A stretch of 64,000 bases of DNA, from assembly GCF_964355755.1 (NCBI RefSeq), contig NC_092673.1, positions 1 to 64,000 on the forward strand, given 5' to 3'. The notes beneath the pieces are model-generated. The model saw only the letters and a list, made by a program, of their open reading frames with translations, was not told where the DNA came from and searched no databases. The stretch is from Antedon mediterranea. Its lineage: Eukaryota > Animalia > Echinodermata. Of the stretch, positions 26,568 through 48,271 are shown one piece after another (position 1 is the stretch's first letter; every line of letters begins with the position of its first letter). A program made the position numbers and the translations under genes.

Positions 26568-27899
26568 GAAACAATGCGGAAACACACCTCAACATTTTTA
26601 GTGCTTATTTTTATAATGATATGTATTTCTGTACAGTGAAATCATTTTGAAACTAATAATAACAAACTAAAACATTTATGTGCATCCTGTTAATTATTTC
26701 TAGTTTTTATAAATATTATTAACAATAGTTATTGATTTCATAAATATCATAATTATGACCTATTTTTATATAAAGGCAGCAGCTGTAATAATTTGATGCA
26801 GTGTTATGAATAGGGTACTACATTAAAGAGACTATAGTGTAGCTTCTAGGTTTTGTATTATAATTATATAAAAGTTACGTTTGTGCTAAAATGCTTCTTT
26901 ATTATAATTATTATTACTTGCATTTAATTTTGTTTTCTTTAAGAGATGGTTGCAATTTCAACTCTGATAATGTTGGTATTACATTTCTTGGATATACGTT
27001 AAATCGTGGTCATTTGTATGTTTAGTTTATGTAACACATTATAGAAACATAGAGAGTTAAATCCAATACCACATTTGCGTTTCTTTTTTAAATCAAATTC
27101 AATTTCAGAATAAATTCTTAAACATACTAGTATTAGAGAGAATGAACAGACCTATGTTTTTGTGTTAATGATTTCTGTGTACCGCAATTATATGGATGGA
27201 GGCCTTCACTACCTTACCACCAGTCAATGTGCATGTTTCAATTCGACTGCTTCCGAAGTAGAATGACGTCATAGTAGAATTGATCCAGACACATGAATGT
27301 ATGTAATTAGACCAACACAAACTATATGATCAATAAACTGCTTTTATGCAAAATAACCAGTAAAGAGTAGATCTAATAACTGCTAATAACCAGTGAAGAG
27401 TAGATCTAATAAATAATAAACTACTGTACAATAATAGAGTATTAAACATTTTACAGAAAAATACAACATTCTTAAATCATTTTTTTTAAATCAATAAACC
27501 AATAAAATAATTTTTTTTATATTTATAATTGCAATATAAATGCAGATGAAATAAGACTAGGCCTATACAGATAAATAGTGGGTCTTAACTTGAGTTTCTT
27601 CTTCTCAATCCGCCCCAATCGAGAACCTCAACCTTTCATACTACCACTGCGGTGCTTTCGTGGTTTTTATTGAATAATCGTACATTTTATCAGAAAAATA
27701 TTTATCTTTTTATCTGGCTACTATAATAATAATATTTTTTTAGTAATCTCCCGGCCTCGCTACCTTTTTAATATACTTGCCCCAAGTGTGTAGTTATTTG
27801 TCGAGGCCAAAATATTTATCTTTTTTACAAATATTAAGTCAAAACTCCGTCTAGAACCCAGACTACCTTCTAAGTTCATACGTTCTGCATTCAATATGA

Positions 27900-30800
27900 T
27901 TAATAAGAACTGGTTTGTGCAGGAATGAATGCGGGTCGAGTGCTGTCAATAATATGAAGAATATTGCGTGATGCGATGCTCTCTGCGTTAACGTGGTTTA
28001 TTTCAACTAGTTTTGTCCTTTCACGTTTAAACTTTGTCCTCCTGTTCTGAAACCATACCTTTACCTGAAACATTTTTAAAGTAAATATAATAGAATCAGG
28101 TAACAACTCCCTGGGTAAACTATTGTAATTATTACTCATAGTCTCTTACATTCGGAGTATCAGAATTTCACAAATGTCTTAAAACTCAGGATTTGACCAT
28201 GTCGTTAACATTTTCATAAAGGCCAGAAAACCAATCTGTTTCTATTTTCAATGTATAATAAGGGTATTCTAAAACATGTGAACAGGCAACTTCAAACAAC
28301 TTACTTGAGTTTCTGACAAGTTTAATTTAGCAGCTAACATACATCTATCCTTCCCAACCACATATTGAGTTTTAATAAACTCTTCTTCTAGACGTTGAAG
28401 CTGATGTGCTGAAAATGACGTTCGTTCTCGTTTAGGACGATCTAAATCCAACCCTTTAGGAAAAATCATCTCTTTCTTCTGGCCATTGTGATCTAAACAT
28501 TTTTTAAATAATAATAATCTATAATAACACCATTTAAAATATTTAAAATATTATATATAACAGCATAATAAAAATACATATCTACATATGATGGATATCT
28601 AGAAAGAAATATTATAGGGCCCACGACTTATAAACATGCCGTATTTAATTCTTATACAAAAGTTGATGCAGTTGTTATTATCAGAAAAGATGCAACAACG
28701 CAGACAATTTTCATATTGCTGTTGATTGAAATTATAATCATTTTTATTTTTCATGTTTGTAATGCACCGATTAAACTTAAATTTAAAAAAAGAAAAAGAA
28801 GCCATAGATAACAAGAGCCATTACAAAATTAAAAAAAACAAACAAATAAATGATATGGGAACTGCAGACATGTTAACATCCTCGAAAACAAACTTTCCAT
28901 CTTGATTTCTTGTGCGTGAAATCGATCAGATTAATTGTTAAAATGTTTGTATATCACTTGCTGTTCTGTGATTGGTTATAATTTCTTAATGTTTCTATCC
29001 ATGTTATCACTTGCTGTTCTGTGATTGGTTAATAATTTTTTAATGTGTATACCCATGATATCACTTGCTGTTCTGTGATTGGTTAATAATTTTTAATTCA
29101 GGATAATAATAAACATTTAATTTTTTCAACCCAAACAACGTAAAAGGATATTTGTTAAATAAAATGTAAGTACAGTTAAACCAACACTATCCAAAGTATT
29201 ATTGTAAAGAGACATTCAGCAAAAATCCTTTTTTACTGTACGGTAATTGGCACTTTCCGGATAACCATTGTGATTGTCGTGTTACCTTTTTATAATAAAT
29301 TATAGTTAGTCAAAATACAGTAGTTAAATCTTTAAAATGTGCTTAATGCTTATAGACATGCAATTGGAGAAAATAAATTATTAGCAATTTTATTTTACCA
29401 TTGTATACAGCATTTTGTAATGTAAAATTGCTGTGTGAAATTTAAATAAACTCATTAAGAAGAATAACATGTTGTCAATCAGTTAAAAAAACAATAGATT
29501 TATCTGCTGACACTTGCCAGAAACACTTGAACACTGCAAAATGGCTAACATACAACAACAATAACAAATTGCTATTGGAGTTCTATATTTATCTCTGACA
29601 ATGTAGTGCCTTAATTGTAATTTCCTTTACTCTTTACCACCTTAACATTTTGTCATTGACTTCTAACAAACATTGCTGTCTGTTAACGTGATAGACATCG
29701 AAACATAACTATAAGCAAGGTTCAACGTGAATTGTTACACAATTTTTGTACTACTCGAATTAATCACCTTATCGGTGATGACTTGTAACAATTTATATAG
29801 AAATCGTGACTTCTTATCCGGTGCTTCCCACTTAATTCATGACAGGTCATCACATAAGGATTGTAGCAACACATTTTGTGGCAAACGACGCCATTGACGA
29901 CACAAGAGAAGAACAAACTTTGGCCAGCTAAAAAAAAACTACAAGGTACGATACGTGGATTTACATAATACAAAAAGAGAGCACTGAGGAGAGCTGTCAA
30001 AAACAATCGCCAAAGGGCGTGTCTCTCCAACTTCAAACAAGCTAAAACATGACAAGCAAAAATAAAATAAAAAAACAAAAGTACAATATGGCAATCTAAT
30101 GACAAGCAAAAATAAAATAAAAATACAAAATTACAATATGGCAATCTAATTTTAAAAATTAGATGTATGAATACAATGAATTATTGTTGATTTTGTTCGT
30201 ATGAGCTGCTTCAAATGAGCTGCTTCAAATGAGCTGCTTCAAATGAGCTGCTTCAAATGAGCTGCTTCAAATGAGCTGCTTCAAATGAGCTGCTTCAAAT
30301 GAGCTGCTTCAAATGAGCTGCTTCAAATGAGCTGCTTCAAATGAGCTGCTTCAAATGAGCTGCTTCAAATATGAAAATAAAGGTAAAACCATAAAGTAGA
30401 ATATACTAATGATTTATGAAGTTATTGCACATTTTCTTTAAATACCTATGGTTATTTTATTTATTCATTTTATTTATATATATTTTTTTATTTATTTTAT
30501 GTTTTGTTTATTCTATATATAGGGCAACGTATTTTACAAATATAATTATTTGAACAATTTAAATATTATAATATTAGCATTATTATTTGATAATTGTTAA
30601 GTAAAATTGAATTAATGGAAGGCTAGTATAATAAACGACAAACAAATAAATAGTAAACTATAATTATTAGTTCCGCCTGATTGAATTAATGGAAGGCTAG
30701 TATAATAAACGACAAACAAATAAATAGTAAACTATAATTATTAGTTCCGCCTGATTGAATTAATGGAAGGCTAGTATAATAAACGACAAACAAATAAATA

Positions 30801-33416
30801 GTAAACTATAATTATTAGTTCCGCCTGATTGAATTAATGGAAGGCTAGTATAATAAACGACAAACAAATAAATAGTAAACTATAATTATTAGTTCCGCCT
30901 GCTCAATGGTATAGTTCTACACCCATTTTAAGAACACAAAATGTTGTATTGTATTTAGGATCGTATCTTAAATTTCTATATTATAAAAAGTAAGCTGTTA
31001 TTATTTATGTTTGCAAAAAATAAATTCAGTAAAAAATGATTTGAGCAAAGAAAGAAAAACCGGTTTCCTCACATTGTTACTGTTATAGGCCAACAAGCGT
31101 TATGTAAATTTGTGGTTTTCCCATATATCCAAACCGTGTGTACGGTCGACGAAGAACCGTTAAACCTAACATTGTTACTGTTATAGGCCAACAAGCGTTA
31201 TGTAAATGTGTGGTTTTCCCATATATCCAAACCGTGTGTACGGTCGACGAAGAACCGTTAAACCTAACATTGTTACTGTTATAGGCCAACAAGCGTTATG
31301 TAAATGTGTGGTTTTCCCATATATCCAAACCGTGTGTACGGTCGACGAAGAACCGTTAAACCTAACATTGTTACTGTTATAGGCCAACAAGCGTTATGTA
31401 AATGTGTGGTTTTCCCATATATCCAAACCGTGTGTACGGTCGACGAAGAACCGTTAAACCTAACATTGTTACTGTTATAGGCCAACAAGCGTTATGTAAA
31501 TGTGTGGTTTTCCCATCCATATATCCAAACCGTGTGTACGGTCGACGAAGAACCGTTAAACCTAACATTGTTACTGTTATAGGCCAACAAGCGTTATGTA
31601 AATGTGTGGTTTTCCCATAATATATCCAAACCGTGTGTACGGTCGACGAAGAACCGTTAAACCTAACATTGTTACTGTTATAGGCCAACAAGCGTTATGT
31701 AAATGTGTGGTTTTCCCATATATCCAAACCGTGTGTACGGTCGACGAAGAACCGTTAAACCTAACATTGTTACTGTTATAGGCCAACAAGCGTTATGTAA
31801 ATGTGTGGTTTTCCCATATATCCAAACCGTGTGTACGGTCGACGAAGAACCGTTAAACCTAACATTGTTACTGTTATAGGCCAACAAGCGTTATGTAAAT
31901 GTGTGGTTTTCCCATCCATATATCCAAACCGTGTGTACGGTCGACGAAGAACCGTTAAACCTAACATTGTTACTGTTATAGGCCAACAAGCGTTATGTAA
32001 ATGTGTGGTTTTCCCATATATCCAAACCGTGTGTACGGTCGACGAAGAACCGTTAAACCTAACATTGTTACTGTTATAGGCCAACAAGCGTTATGTAAAT
32101 GTGTGGTTTTCCCATAATATATCCAAACCGTGTGTACGGTCGACGAAGAACCGTTAAACCTAACATTGTTACTGTTATAGGCCAACAAGCGTTATGTAAA
32201 TGTGTGGTTTTCCCATCCATATATCCAAACCGTGTGTACGGTCGACGAAGAACCGTTAAACCTAACATTGTTACTGTTATAGGCCAACAAGCGTTATGTA
32301 AATGTGTGGTTTTCCCATATATCCAAACCGTGTGTACGGTCGACGAAGAACCGTTAAACCTAACATTGTTACTGTTATAGGCCAACAAGCGTTATGTAAA
32401 TGTGTGGTTTTCCCATATATCCAAACCGTGTGTACGGTCGACGAAGAACCGTTAAACCTAACATTGGGTTAATTGAGTCAGAAATAAGAAGTGAACAATA
32501 GTTGAGTCTACGAATTAGAGTGTAACTTTCCAATGTAAGCAGTCTTTATTGAAATACTATAGCAAGTGAGACTCTTAATAATAAAATATTAGGGGAATTA
32601 GACTCTTTCTAATACGCCTCGGTAAATCGTCGGAGACAGGAGCTGGATACTGGCTCCGAAGAAAACTGATTCCAGCTCACTTTGGTGCGTGTACCCAATT
32701 AACAGATTAATTAAGTCGTGGATGCGTAATCAATTTATAGAGTGGATATAGTTTCATATTCTCTGTAATTATTTTCTTTACTAATCAAAGTTTAATCGGC
32801 AATTAAGCAGCGTTGTCAATAACCACGAACGCAACTTTGACTGCTGCGTTATAAAACAAACAATTACGCGCCACAACCTTTACAAACGAATATTGGTAAC
32901 CCTTGACAAAATAATAGTGGACGGATACTTTTTTGTAAATATGTACTGTATACTCTATTTTTAATGAAAACATTTTTTAAGACAACAATATGTAAATAAA
33001 GTTGAATTGACATTAAACCAATTTCGTCCTCTTACACTTTAGGTGTAGGCCTAATAAACAAAACTAGAATGGAAATACGGAATGACAATGAATAAAACAT
33101 GATGAAAATAGAATAAATAGAATTACTAAATAATACCTGTAAATTCAAGTACCCTACAATAAGACATCATTTTCGACGACGAAGACGAAGACGACGACGG
33201 TGATTTTGTTTCATTTCCTCTTAATTCATCTTCAGATATTCTTGTGTTTACGTCGGCCTGGTACCGTAACACGAGAGGCATCTGTACGTTTTGTTTTTGT
33301 GCACAGGAAATTATTACAGAATCTTCAAAATTATTTTTTATTGGAATATTTTTTCTTGGCCACATTTCGTCCTCAAACCATCTTACAAATGGTCTTCCAA
33401 CTATTCTACCTTCCAT
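27900..33416 (-). CDS. Vax: Ventral anterior homeobox (Vax) transcription factor, 3 exons
   Basis: Exons 33416-33137, 28492-28305, 28064-27900 join in phase to give [72 protein letters not shown] is the Vax-family signature. Confidence 0.92.
28953..29095. repeat. About 52-bp tandem repeat, 3 copies
   Basis: ATCACTTGCTGTTCTGTGATTGGTTA is repeated three times. Confidence 0.85.
30201..30370. repeat. 14-bp tandem repeat, about 12 copies
   Basis: (ATGAGCTGCTTCAA)n. Confidence 0.96.
30606..30901. repeat. 74-bp tandem repeat, 4 copies
   Basis: ATTGAATTAATGGAAGGCTAG..TTAGTTCCGCCTG occurs four times. Confidence 0.95.
31071..32466. repeat. 98-bp tandem repeat, about 14 copies with +3 and +4 bp variants
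   Basis: Unit ACATTGTTACTGTTATAGGCCAACAAGCG..GAACCGTTAAACCTA. It generates the repeated ORFs in the track. Confidence 0.97.
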
Positions 33417-34762
33417 AAAGACCAAGAAGAACACAGCTAGACCAATATCCTTTAAACGTCAGTAGTCCAGGTAGTTTCAAAATAAGCAAAATATCGACAG
33501 CTGTAAAAATAGAAATAACTTAATGACTGAAGTTATGACAACTCGACTACATCGAAGTAAAATGCAAACTAGTTTTATAAACTCTTACACTTGAAAGTTA
33601 AAAACTTTATTATTACGCATCGCGCATGGGCAATTAAGCATAACCGGTGACGGGACAGTGCGACTAGCGTCTGTCAATTCGCATGGTGTCTAAGCCAATT
33701 CAATTATATTCTATTAATTAGGCGTTCATGGCAGAATCAGCTCAATTGGTTAATTGCCCCGTACGTCGATTTTCAACTTATTATTGTAATGAATTAATGT
33801 TTAGTCTCTTTGGGTGAGAGGTCGCCTTGTATTTAAATTGGCCAGGAATTGTTCACCAACACCTCCCGTCGGCATGATTTCTGCGGGGAACGTATAGAGA
33901 AACGTGACGTCACAGTTACTCGTAGGCTCAGGTTTTTTATTGGACAATAGTATATTCCCTACAATTAGATTGATTGATTGATTGACAGTTTCAAAACATG
34001 GGGTGTCTGTAACCAGGGACAAGAAAATTGCATATTACTCTTCTCTGGTGTGACTTTATTACTAATACTTATATATTATAAACTTAATAGTAGGCCTATT
34101 TTATTTTGTAAGTCGATCACATTTTCTTTTCATAAAATAACGAAAAATTATTGTGGGCAATTTTTTAAACACAAAATAATAACACGAAACGCAATAGCAC
34201 TCATCCCAAAACATAATAATGTCAAGCACGTTAATAAGGCACCAAAAGGCAGTAGGTCCTATGTGAACATTATTATTTATTAGTACAGTGGTGTCGTTGG
34301 CGCGGTTCTTATATGGTTTTTTTTTTATCGTAAATTCACAAGGAAAATTCATTTTGTTCCCCAAGCTATAATATAACAATTTTAAACAATTGGGGTAATT
34401 CTTATTAGTTCTTTGCCCTTTGTTCGATAGACCACTAGCAGACAATATTTCGATGGATGATTAGGAGCTATAGAGGGAGGAAGGACAAGAGGGACGTCTC
34501 CTACTGGGTTTGTGCATAGCATATTTGGTTCAAGCTAGAAACAATGTTATCCGATAAACCCTCTCAGCGGGCTATTACAGTAATCCCCGAACTTGATTGA
34601 ATACGAGAATATTAAACTCCATTATGCACTAACAACAAGAAATAAATTCCAATAAATGCATTTTTTAGGGGAAAAGACTACTACAAAATTGTCATTGTAT
34701 TGTACACATATTATTACAAACAATTTAAACAGGTATCCATGAGTTACTGACTGGGTACCTGT

Positions 34763-35040
34763 TGATGAACAGAAACAGGGTCTCTCATGATGAACAAAAA
34801 CAGGGTCCCTCATGATGTACAGAAACAGGGTCACTCATTATGAACAAAACAGGGTGCCTCATGATGAACAGAAACAGTGTCCTGATGAACAGAAACAGGG
34901 TCTATCATGATGAACAGAAACAGGGTCCCTCATGATGAACAGAAACAGGGTCCCTCATGATGAACAGAAACAGGGTCTCTCATGATGAACACAAACAGGG
35001 TCCCTCGTGATGACCAGAAACTGGGTCCTTCATGATGAAC
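34763..35040. repeat. 25-bp diverged tandem repeat, about 11 copies
   Basis: Consensus CATGATGAACAGAAACAGGGTCCCT. Confidence 0.92.
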
Positions 35041-37476
35041 ATCGGTTGTCCATCACACTATTAAACAGAAACAATAAAGTTCCTCACAATAAACCATCAT
35101 GTCGATCATGATTACTGGACAGCGAGTGTTATAAACACCAAATACTCCTCTGAAAGGTTGTTGTCTCAGTATGAAATACTTGTAGAGATGTGCTATTTTT
35201 GTTTTGTGTATTTAAAAAACGATGCATGTTAAGGCACATTCGTCCCCTGTGGTCTGCCATTGTGTTCTTTATAAGTTACATCCTCACTTAAATTCCCCTA
35301 GTGGCGCATAAGAGAAAAATAGTTAAAATTATAATTCAATTACATTTAATTGAAATAAATAAATAATATTATAATAACAATGATAGTGGTGGTCAATAAT
35401 ACAATAATAATTAAACATAAATTTTATTTTAATCATTTTTATTGTTTTCTTTTCTTACGAAGTATTCGCAATTAATGATTAGGTCAATAATTGGAGTAAC
35501 TGAAAAAAGTGACTTATCGTATTGGCATCCAATGACAATGTAGGCATATAAGCAAAACAATGAGTTTGTAAGTCAACTTAAGATTAAAGCATTCGACAAA
35601 ATTAAAAAAGTGCAATGTTATATGCAAGTGGAATATCATTAATACTAAACACATTATACTACTATACGCCCAGGACCAAATTGCACTTATACCTAATAAC
35701 GTTATTATTTGTACCACATTATTGTAACAAATCTACTCATATACCTTAACCGCAATTGCATATTATTTCAATATTCAAATATAATTTGGTGTATTGGCTG
35801 AAGCATTGTAACCACAACAAACTTGGAAAAAAATCTAAAAATAATTATTTCCTTTTATTGCACTTCATCAACAGGCCCACATTAAACACCAGTAGCTATT
35901 ACAATTTTGTACCACAACAAAATATAAATAAAATCTTCATTTCTTATAGTTTAGGTTGAAAGACACAATTGTATTAACCATTTAAAAGGAAAGTACACCT
36001 CTGCATAAAGCTAAGCCAGTTAATTATTATTATACTGTTATACTAAATTTAGAAGACAAAATCAACCATACAAAATAATATAGCATATAAAGTATATTAT
36101 TTGTAGGGTTGATTCACCTGTTTATGTTTGTACAATAGTCAGTACCAAACTGCATGAAAGAAAGTGATAAATGACTTTTAAGTAAAAACTTTCAGGATAA
36201 TCATGTTGGAACAAAAGTATAAAAAGAAGAGTAAAACGTAAATTATTCTACTTGGAGCTACCCCGATACTTGAAGCTACTTGAAGCTACCCCGATTTAAA
36301 ATAATAGAATTAAAGCAAAAGAAAATTAGGCCCCTACAACAAAAAAAAACATTGTTATAGAATTGTTTAAAATTTCCACTAAACATGGACCAAATATTTG
36401 AATCCCACATATAACCGTAAGAATATCTTTATTTATTGTCTTTTGTGAAAAAATATATATGCAAGTTTTAAAACATGTAAATATGCCACAAAAACGTGTA
36501 TTATCCCAATTTACCAGCATAGACATTCAATAATAGTTTCCTTATGCGTGACTAAGTTTCATTAAGGTCCACTGTACAGCAGTGTATTCATATTGCTACA
36601 CAGTATAGATACCAAATAAATATTTATATTACCAGTATCAATAATCCCATTAACAATTTTAATGTAATTTGAAATTTACAATATTCTTAGCCAATCACTC
36701 ATCTGATCAATTGTTTACAAAATATAATGTTCACGAATGAACACCTTATAAGCAGAAAGCTTCAATGATCCAATTAAGTGTACTGATTTAAAACATTGAT
36801 TTGAATGCTGTAGCAAACCAATATAAACAGAACTAACTGTGCAAGTGCAGTTATTTAACCATTTTCAGTAATTCTGGTTAAAAATTGAAACATTTTCTAA
36901 AAACTGTATATGGTATTTCCAAATATAATCATATTTGCCTTAAGTTCAGTATTTGATTGATATTATTTGATATAATAATAATTTCTATGCCAACATAATT
37001 TAGGGATATGTCACAGCATATGTGTTTTTTTTTCTGTTCAGGGACAGTTGTAAGTTTTCTACTCAAATGTTGACCCCTAAGACTGTACATATACTTTAGT
37101 TTGTAATATTTCGACTGTTTCAAAGTGAATGTGAATATGAATGAATCACATTATTATTAATGAATAATGTACAAGTAATAGTATTTGAAGTTCTGCAATT
37201 TACATACATCTTTCCTAATGAGTGACAACCTTCACTAAATTCAGTAGACTGATCATGGAAGTATAAACATTTTATACCTCCATGGACTGATCATACATTG
37301 TGTGAATATTGTCTATATATATCTCTAAATATGTTAAAATCTATATACCCTATGTTGATGCATATATATTTGTGTAATGACATGTTAATGAAAGATTTGT
37401 GTCTAATATGAGGTGTACACCAAGTATAAAATTTACATTCTTCTCAGTATATTATATCAGATCCAACAAGATATTA

Positions 37477-44427
<6,951 letters not shown>

Positions 44428-45487
44428 TGGGCCTAGGACCGGTGAGGTCGGATAATGGACGCCACAAGTCACTAAATAAGCTAACACCTAGTTGTATTTA
44501 TTATGTAAATATAAAGGTTGATTTTTCCTCTTTACTACAATACTCAACAGCTAATTTGGTCGTCACAGTACAAATAAAATACTCAACAAAGTCCACTTCT
44601 TGTGTATGATGTTACGCAGCAAACCGCAATTGGTCGAACTCGAGATGAATCAGTCATAATATAATACTGCCCTCTGTCAAAATACAGCCGGCTTATCTCC
44701 TATAGTCAGGTGGTCGCTTAGGTCCTATTTTTGGCCATGTTGTGCACTTTTGTGAAAAAAGCACCAAACTTGGCAGAAATCTTCTTTAGGACGACCCAAC
44801 GAACTAACAATTCGAATAATTTAATGACGTCATTTTGACCACGCCCCTTTTAAATATATTATGTAGTTGTGAAAATTAAATATACTACATAAATTACATA
44901 ACTATGTCAAGTTTGGTATCAAATTACGTAATTGCGTAACATTTTCAAAATGTCGATTTCTATATATGTACCGAACTGACTACATGTAAACTTAGTATAC
45001 GTCTTCAGATGCTATAGCTACCGATGACGAAGAAATGCAATGTGATTTTATAAACAATTTTAATACACTCAAGCATAGAGATATTATAGTTGTATAATAT
45101 CTCTATGATTCAAGGCATTTAAGTTCAGAGGTAAAGATCGATAAATATTGTTCAGAAATTAAATTGAAAGAATATTCATATCAAATATGAACAAGATAAT
45201 GTTAGGCCCAAAATTAGTAAATCAATTACCAACCATTTAACCTTCGTCTTTGGTCAATAATTAATCCTTCGTGTGTTTTGTTAGTAGGATCCGGGTACAC
45301 GATCTTTTGAGGATTGTTTTCCGCTTTATCGATCTCTTCCGAGAGTTTTCGTAGTTTAGTTATCGATACGTTCGTTTCTATGGCTGGCATTTAGTGGCAT
45401 ACAACGTGTATGCACTCGATCGACTAATACTTTTCGACAATTGCCAATTATGTCGATTCAGTAATATAAATTTAAGTATTAATTGAA

Positions 45488-47030
45488 ATGAAAGAAGTAA
45501 GCCATGGTAAGTTAGTACTATTTCTCTTAAAGTTCATTTTTACTTTTTTTCTGATTTGTATATGGCATAGTGGCAAAGGTGTAACTTCAATTTTTCGAGG
45601 AATAATTAGAGCTTGGAATAAAATATACAGAAAGAAAACACCGTCTTAAATCCACCGGACGTCTTCTTGACTCCTAATTAATATGCTACGGTCCCTACAA
45701 ACTCTGCTGCTGATGATTTCAGGAATAATAACCACTTGTACAAAAACAACTTGTGTAACAAACTTCCATCGTTATAGGGTTTATAGTAAAATGTTATGCC
45801 AAGCGCCTAATATAGGCCTACGGGCAGTTATCTTTTTCGATTACTCTGAACGAATCTCAGTGAACAAAACCGTAATACATCCAATACTAAAGGCCTAGTG
45901 TAATTGTAGATTGCGCACGAATTATAAAGAAAGGTTGCGAATTGTGATGTGCGCTGCTGCAGAATTTGAACATAATTATAATATTAGCAAAATATGCTTT
46001 AAATGTATTGGCTTAGGTCTATACTAATGGTACAAAAAGTATATACAATTAATTTAATGAAAGAATTTAAATGAATGAAAAAATATCTATTCAATTCATT
46101 TCATTAATCATTTTCATCTATCTTGATTTCTCAGAAATCTGCATTATAGGTGAAAGCGTATCTCGTCCTCGTCGGCTTTCAAAAAACTCGATTCCTTCAT
46201 CGCAAAAGATAAGCTTACTTCGACCAAATAAACCTCTTGCTCCTCCTCAACTTGCTCAACGACCTCTTTCAAGTTACGATTCTGCTTTTGTACGACCACT
46301 GCCATCTATCAAAGACAATGCGTTATTTATCCAAGGTTCATCCAAAGTGATACATTTTATGCGCTTTGTGACTCGAGAAACTGATAAATTTACTAACGAT
46401 AAGAAAGTTGCAGGTGTACCATCAAAATACCATGTTATGAAATTACAGGAACCATGATCCAGTTTCTGCTTTATCAGAAATCTGCAAAAAACAACAGCAA
46501 CGAACATTTACCGCAGAAACACTCTCTGCAATTGGATTATCTGTACTGTCAAGACCAACAAGATCTGTTAACCATTTAAACCAAACGTCGCTTTGTGCCA
46601 CTTCTCTGAGAAGAAGACAGTCCACGGCCGAGATACTGGCAATGGGACCCGTCAAATACCACTCACTAGACGTTACTCAGCTCATGTTCAGATGGAAGGG
46701 ATGTCCAATTCTACTGTTGTGCCAACTAATTGTGATATCAACATATGTAACGAAAAGTATAGCAACAAAGGGAACTTCAGAAAGCGTCAAACAGCTGAAA
46801 ATATACCAGTATTTGAACCAATTGTTAAGTCTATTGTAAGGCACGATAAGAAAGTACTTCTTGGTTTGAGCAATCTTTCACGACAGTATTGCCAACAGCA
46901 GACAGTATCGCGTAGGCCTACTACTATAAGACGATGTTGTGACATCACATTACCAGAAGGAGACATCCGTAAGCAGACAATTATAAACCAGTGGTTAGAC
47001 GATCGACGATGGTCTAAACTCTTCCTTTGA
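45488..47030 (+). pseudogene. Unknown gene, either frame-disrupted or with unrecognised small introns, divergent from PI4K2
   Basis: ATG AAA GAA GTA AGC CAT G|GTAAGT (45488-45506) joins in phase to the acceptor TTTCTCAG|46135 and the 46071-46457 frame. Coding-like sequence continues in two further frames to a stop at 47030. No domain recognised. Confidence 0.45.
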
Positions 47031-48271
47031 AACACAGGAACGTAAGACTATTGTACTTAAGGTTCCTAGTATAGCAGATGAGGCAAAGTAGTCCATTTCT
47101 AATGAAATTCAACATGGTATTCCTTGTAAAATATTATCATTTATCATAGTTTAAATGCTTAATGGTCCATAGTGATTGACATTTGAAACGGTAGAGAATG
47201 TTCGATGGCACGTCGCATCACCATACTATAACAAATAACAAAACGTGTATTTAAACAAAAAACATTGCTGGAATTAGAAAATTTGACTTCAGGTAAATAT
47301 AGGCCTATCGTTTGTTTTTTTAATCCAAGTGATGGTCAAAGTGAAAAATATTAATAATGACAACCAGAGAAGAGTGAAATTACAACCAACAACAAACATA
47401 AACACTAGATGGTACGTGCCCACAGTTAGTTTTCGAATACACAGTATTTCAGCGTAAAACAAAATGGCGATTTCAAATGTACGTATCACAGGACTATTAA
47501 ATACATGTCGTTTGCAGGAACGAATAAATAGACACGGTTTATGTATAGTCAACTAAAATTAGCACCCTGAGAATTACTTGAGTCAAATTTAAACAAACCC
47601 AATTCGTGTTTTTTTACGTAACATTAAGGTTGAGCGATTGTGAAGAGGATTGGTGCAATTAAGAGGAACCATTTTTTATATTCTTTATCCGTAATGACAT
47701 TTGTTTTATGTTTTGAAAATAATATACCAGTGGACACACACGTAGGCTATGCTTCATGTCAGGGGTCTTCTTCCTGTATCATCAGCAACATTTTGAAGAT
47801 TAGGTTTTTTTCGTGTACGCGCGCTTTGAAAGTTAAAAATGCTCAAAATCAATTTCTACACGTTTTCAGGACATTTTATAGCATTTCACATTTTTTGTGT
47901 GCAATGCGCGCGCTTTTGCGCACTGAGCTGCTCGTGCTCAGCTTAGAAAGGGTTGCTCTGTGTAGCGATAGAGCTCAAAAGTGACGAGTTCATGTTTCAA
48001 TATTTGTTATAATTATTATTATTATTGTCTTGGAACTGAATTTTCTTTTGCATTAATGGATGTAGTAATTTAACAGTTTTTACTTATATGAGAAACTATT
48101 TTTGCAATGTATACGTGTCACCTGTATTGATCAATTTGATTTAAAAAATGATTAGCCATCATGCGGCCGGCGCGTGGCGGCGAGGAGATTGTGAGAGCTG
48201 CTGATAAGCCGAGTAGACTTGAAATACAGACGTTGTGAGGTACAAAGGCTCCAGTCTCAATTCGAGGTATA

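Noticed and set aside
31083-32388. Family of repeated 69-104 aa ORFs
   Set aside because: By-products of the 98-bp tandem repeat in a Vax intron.
35291-35308. CTCF-like site CCCCCTAGTGGCG between Vax and PI4K2
   Set aside because: Only a single partial match to the core, not supportable without ChIP or conservation data.
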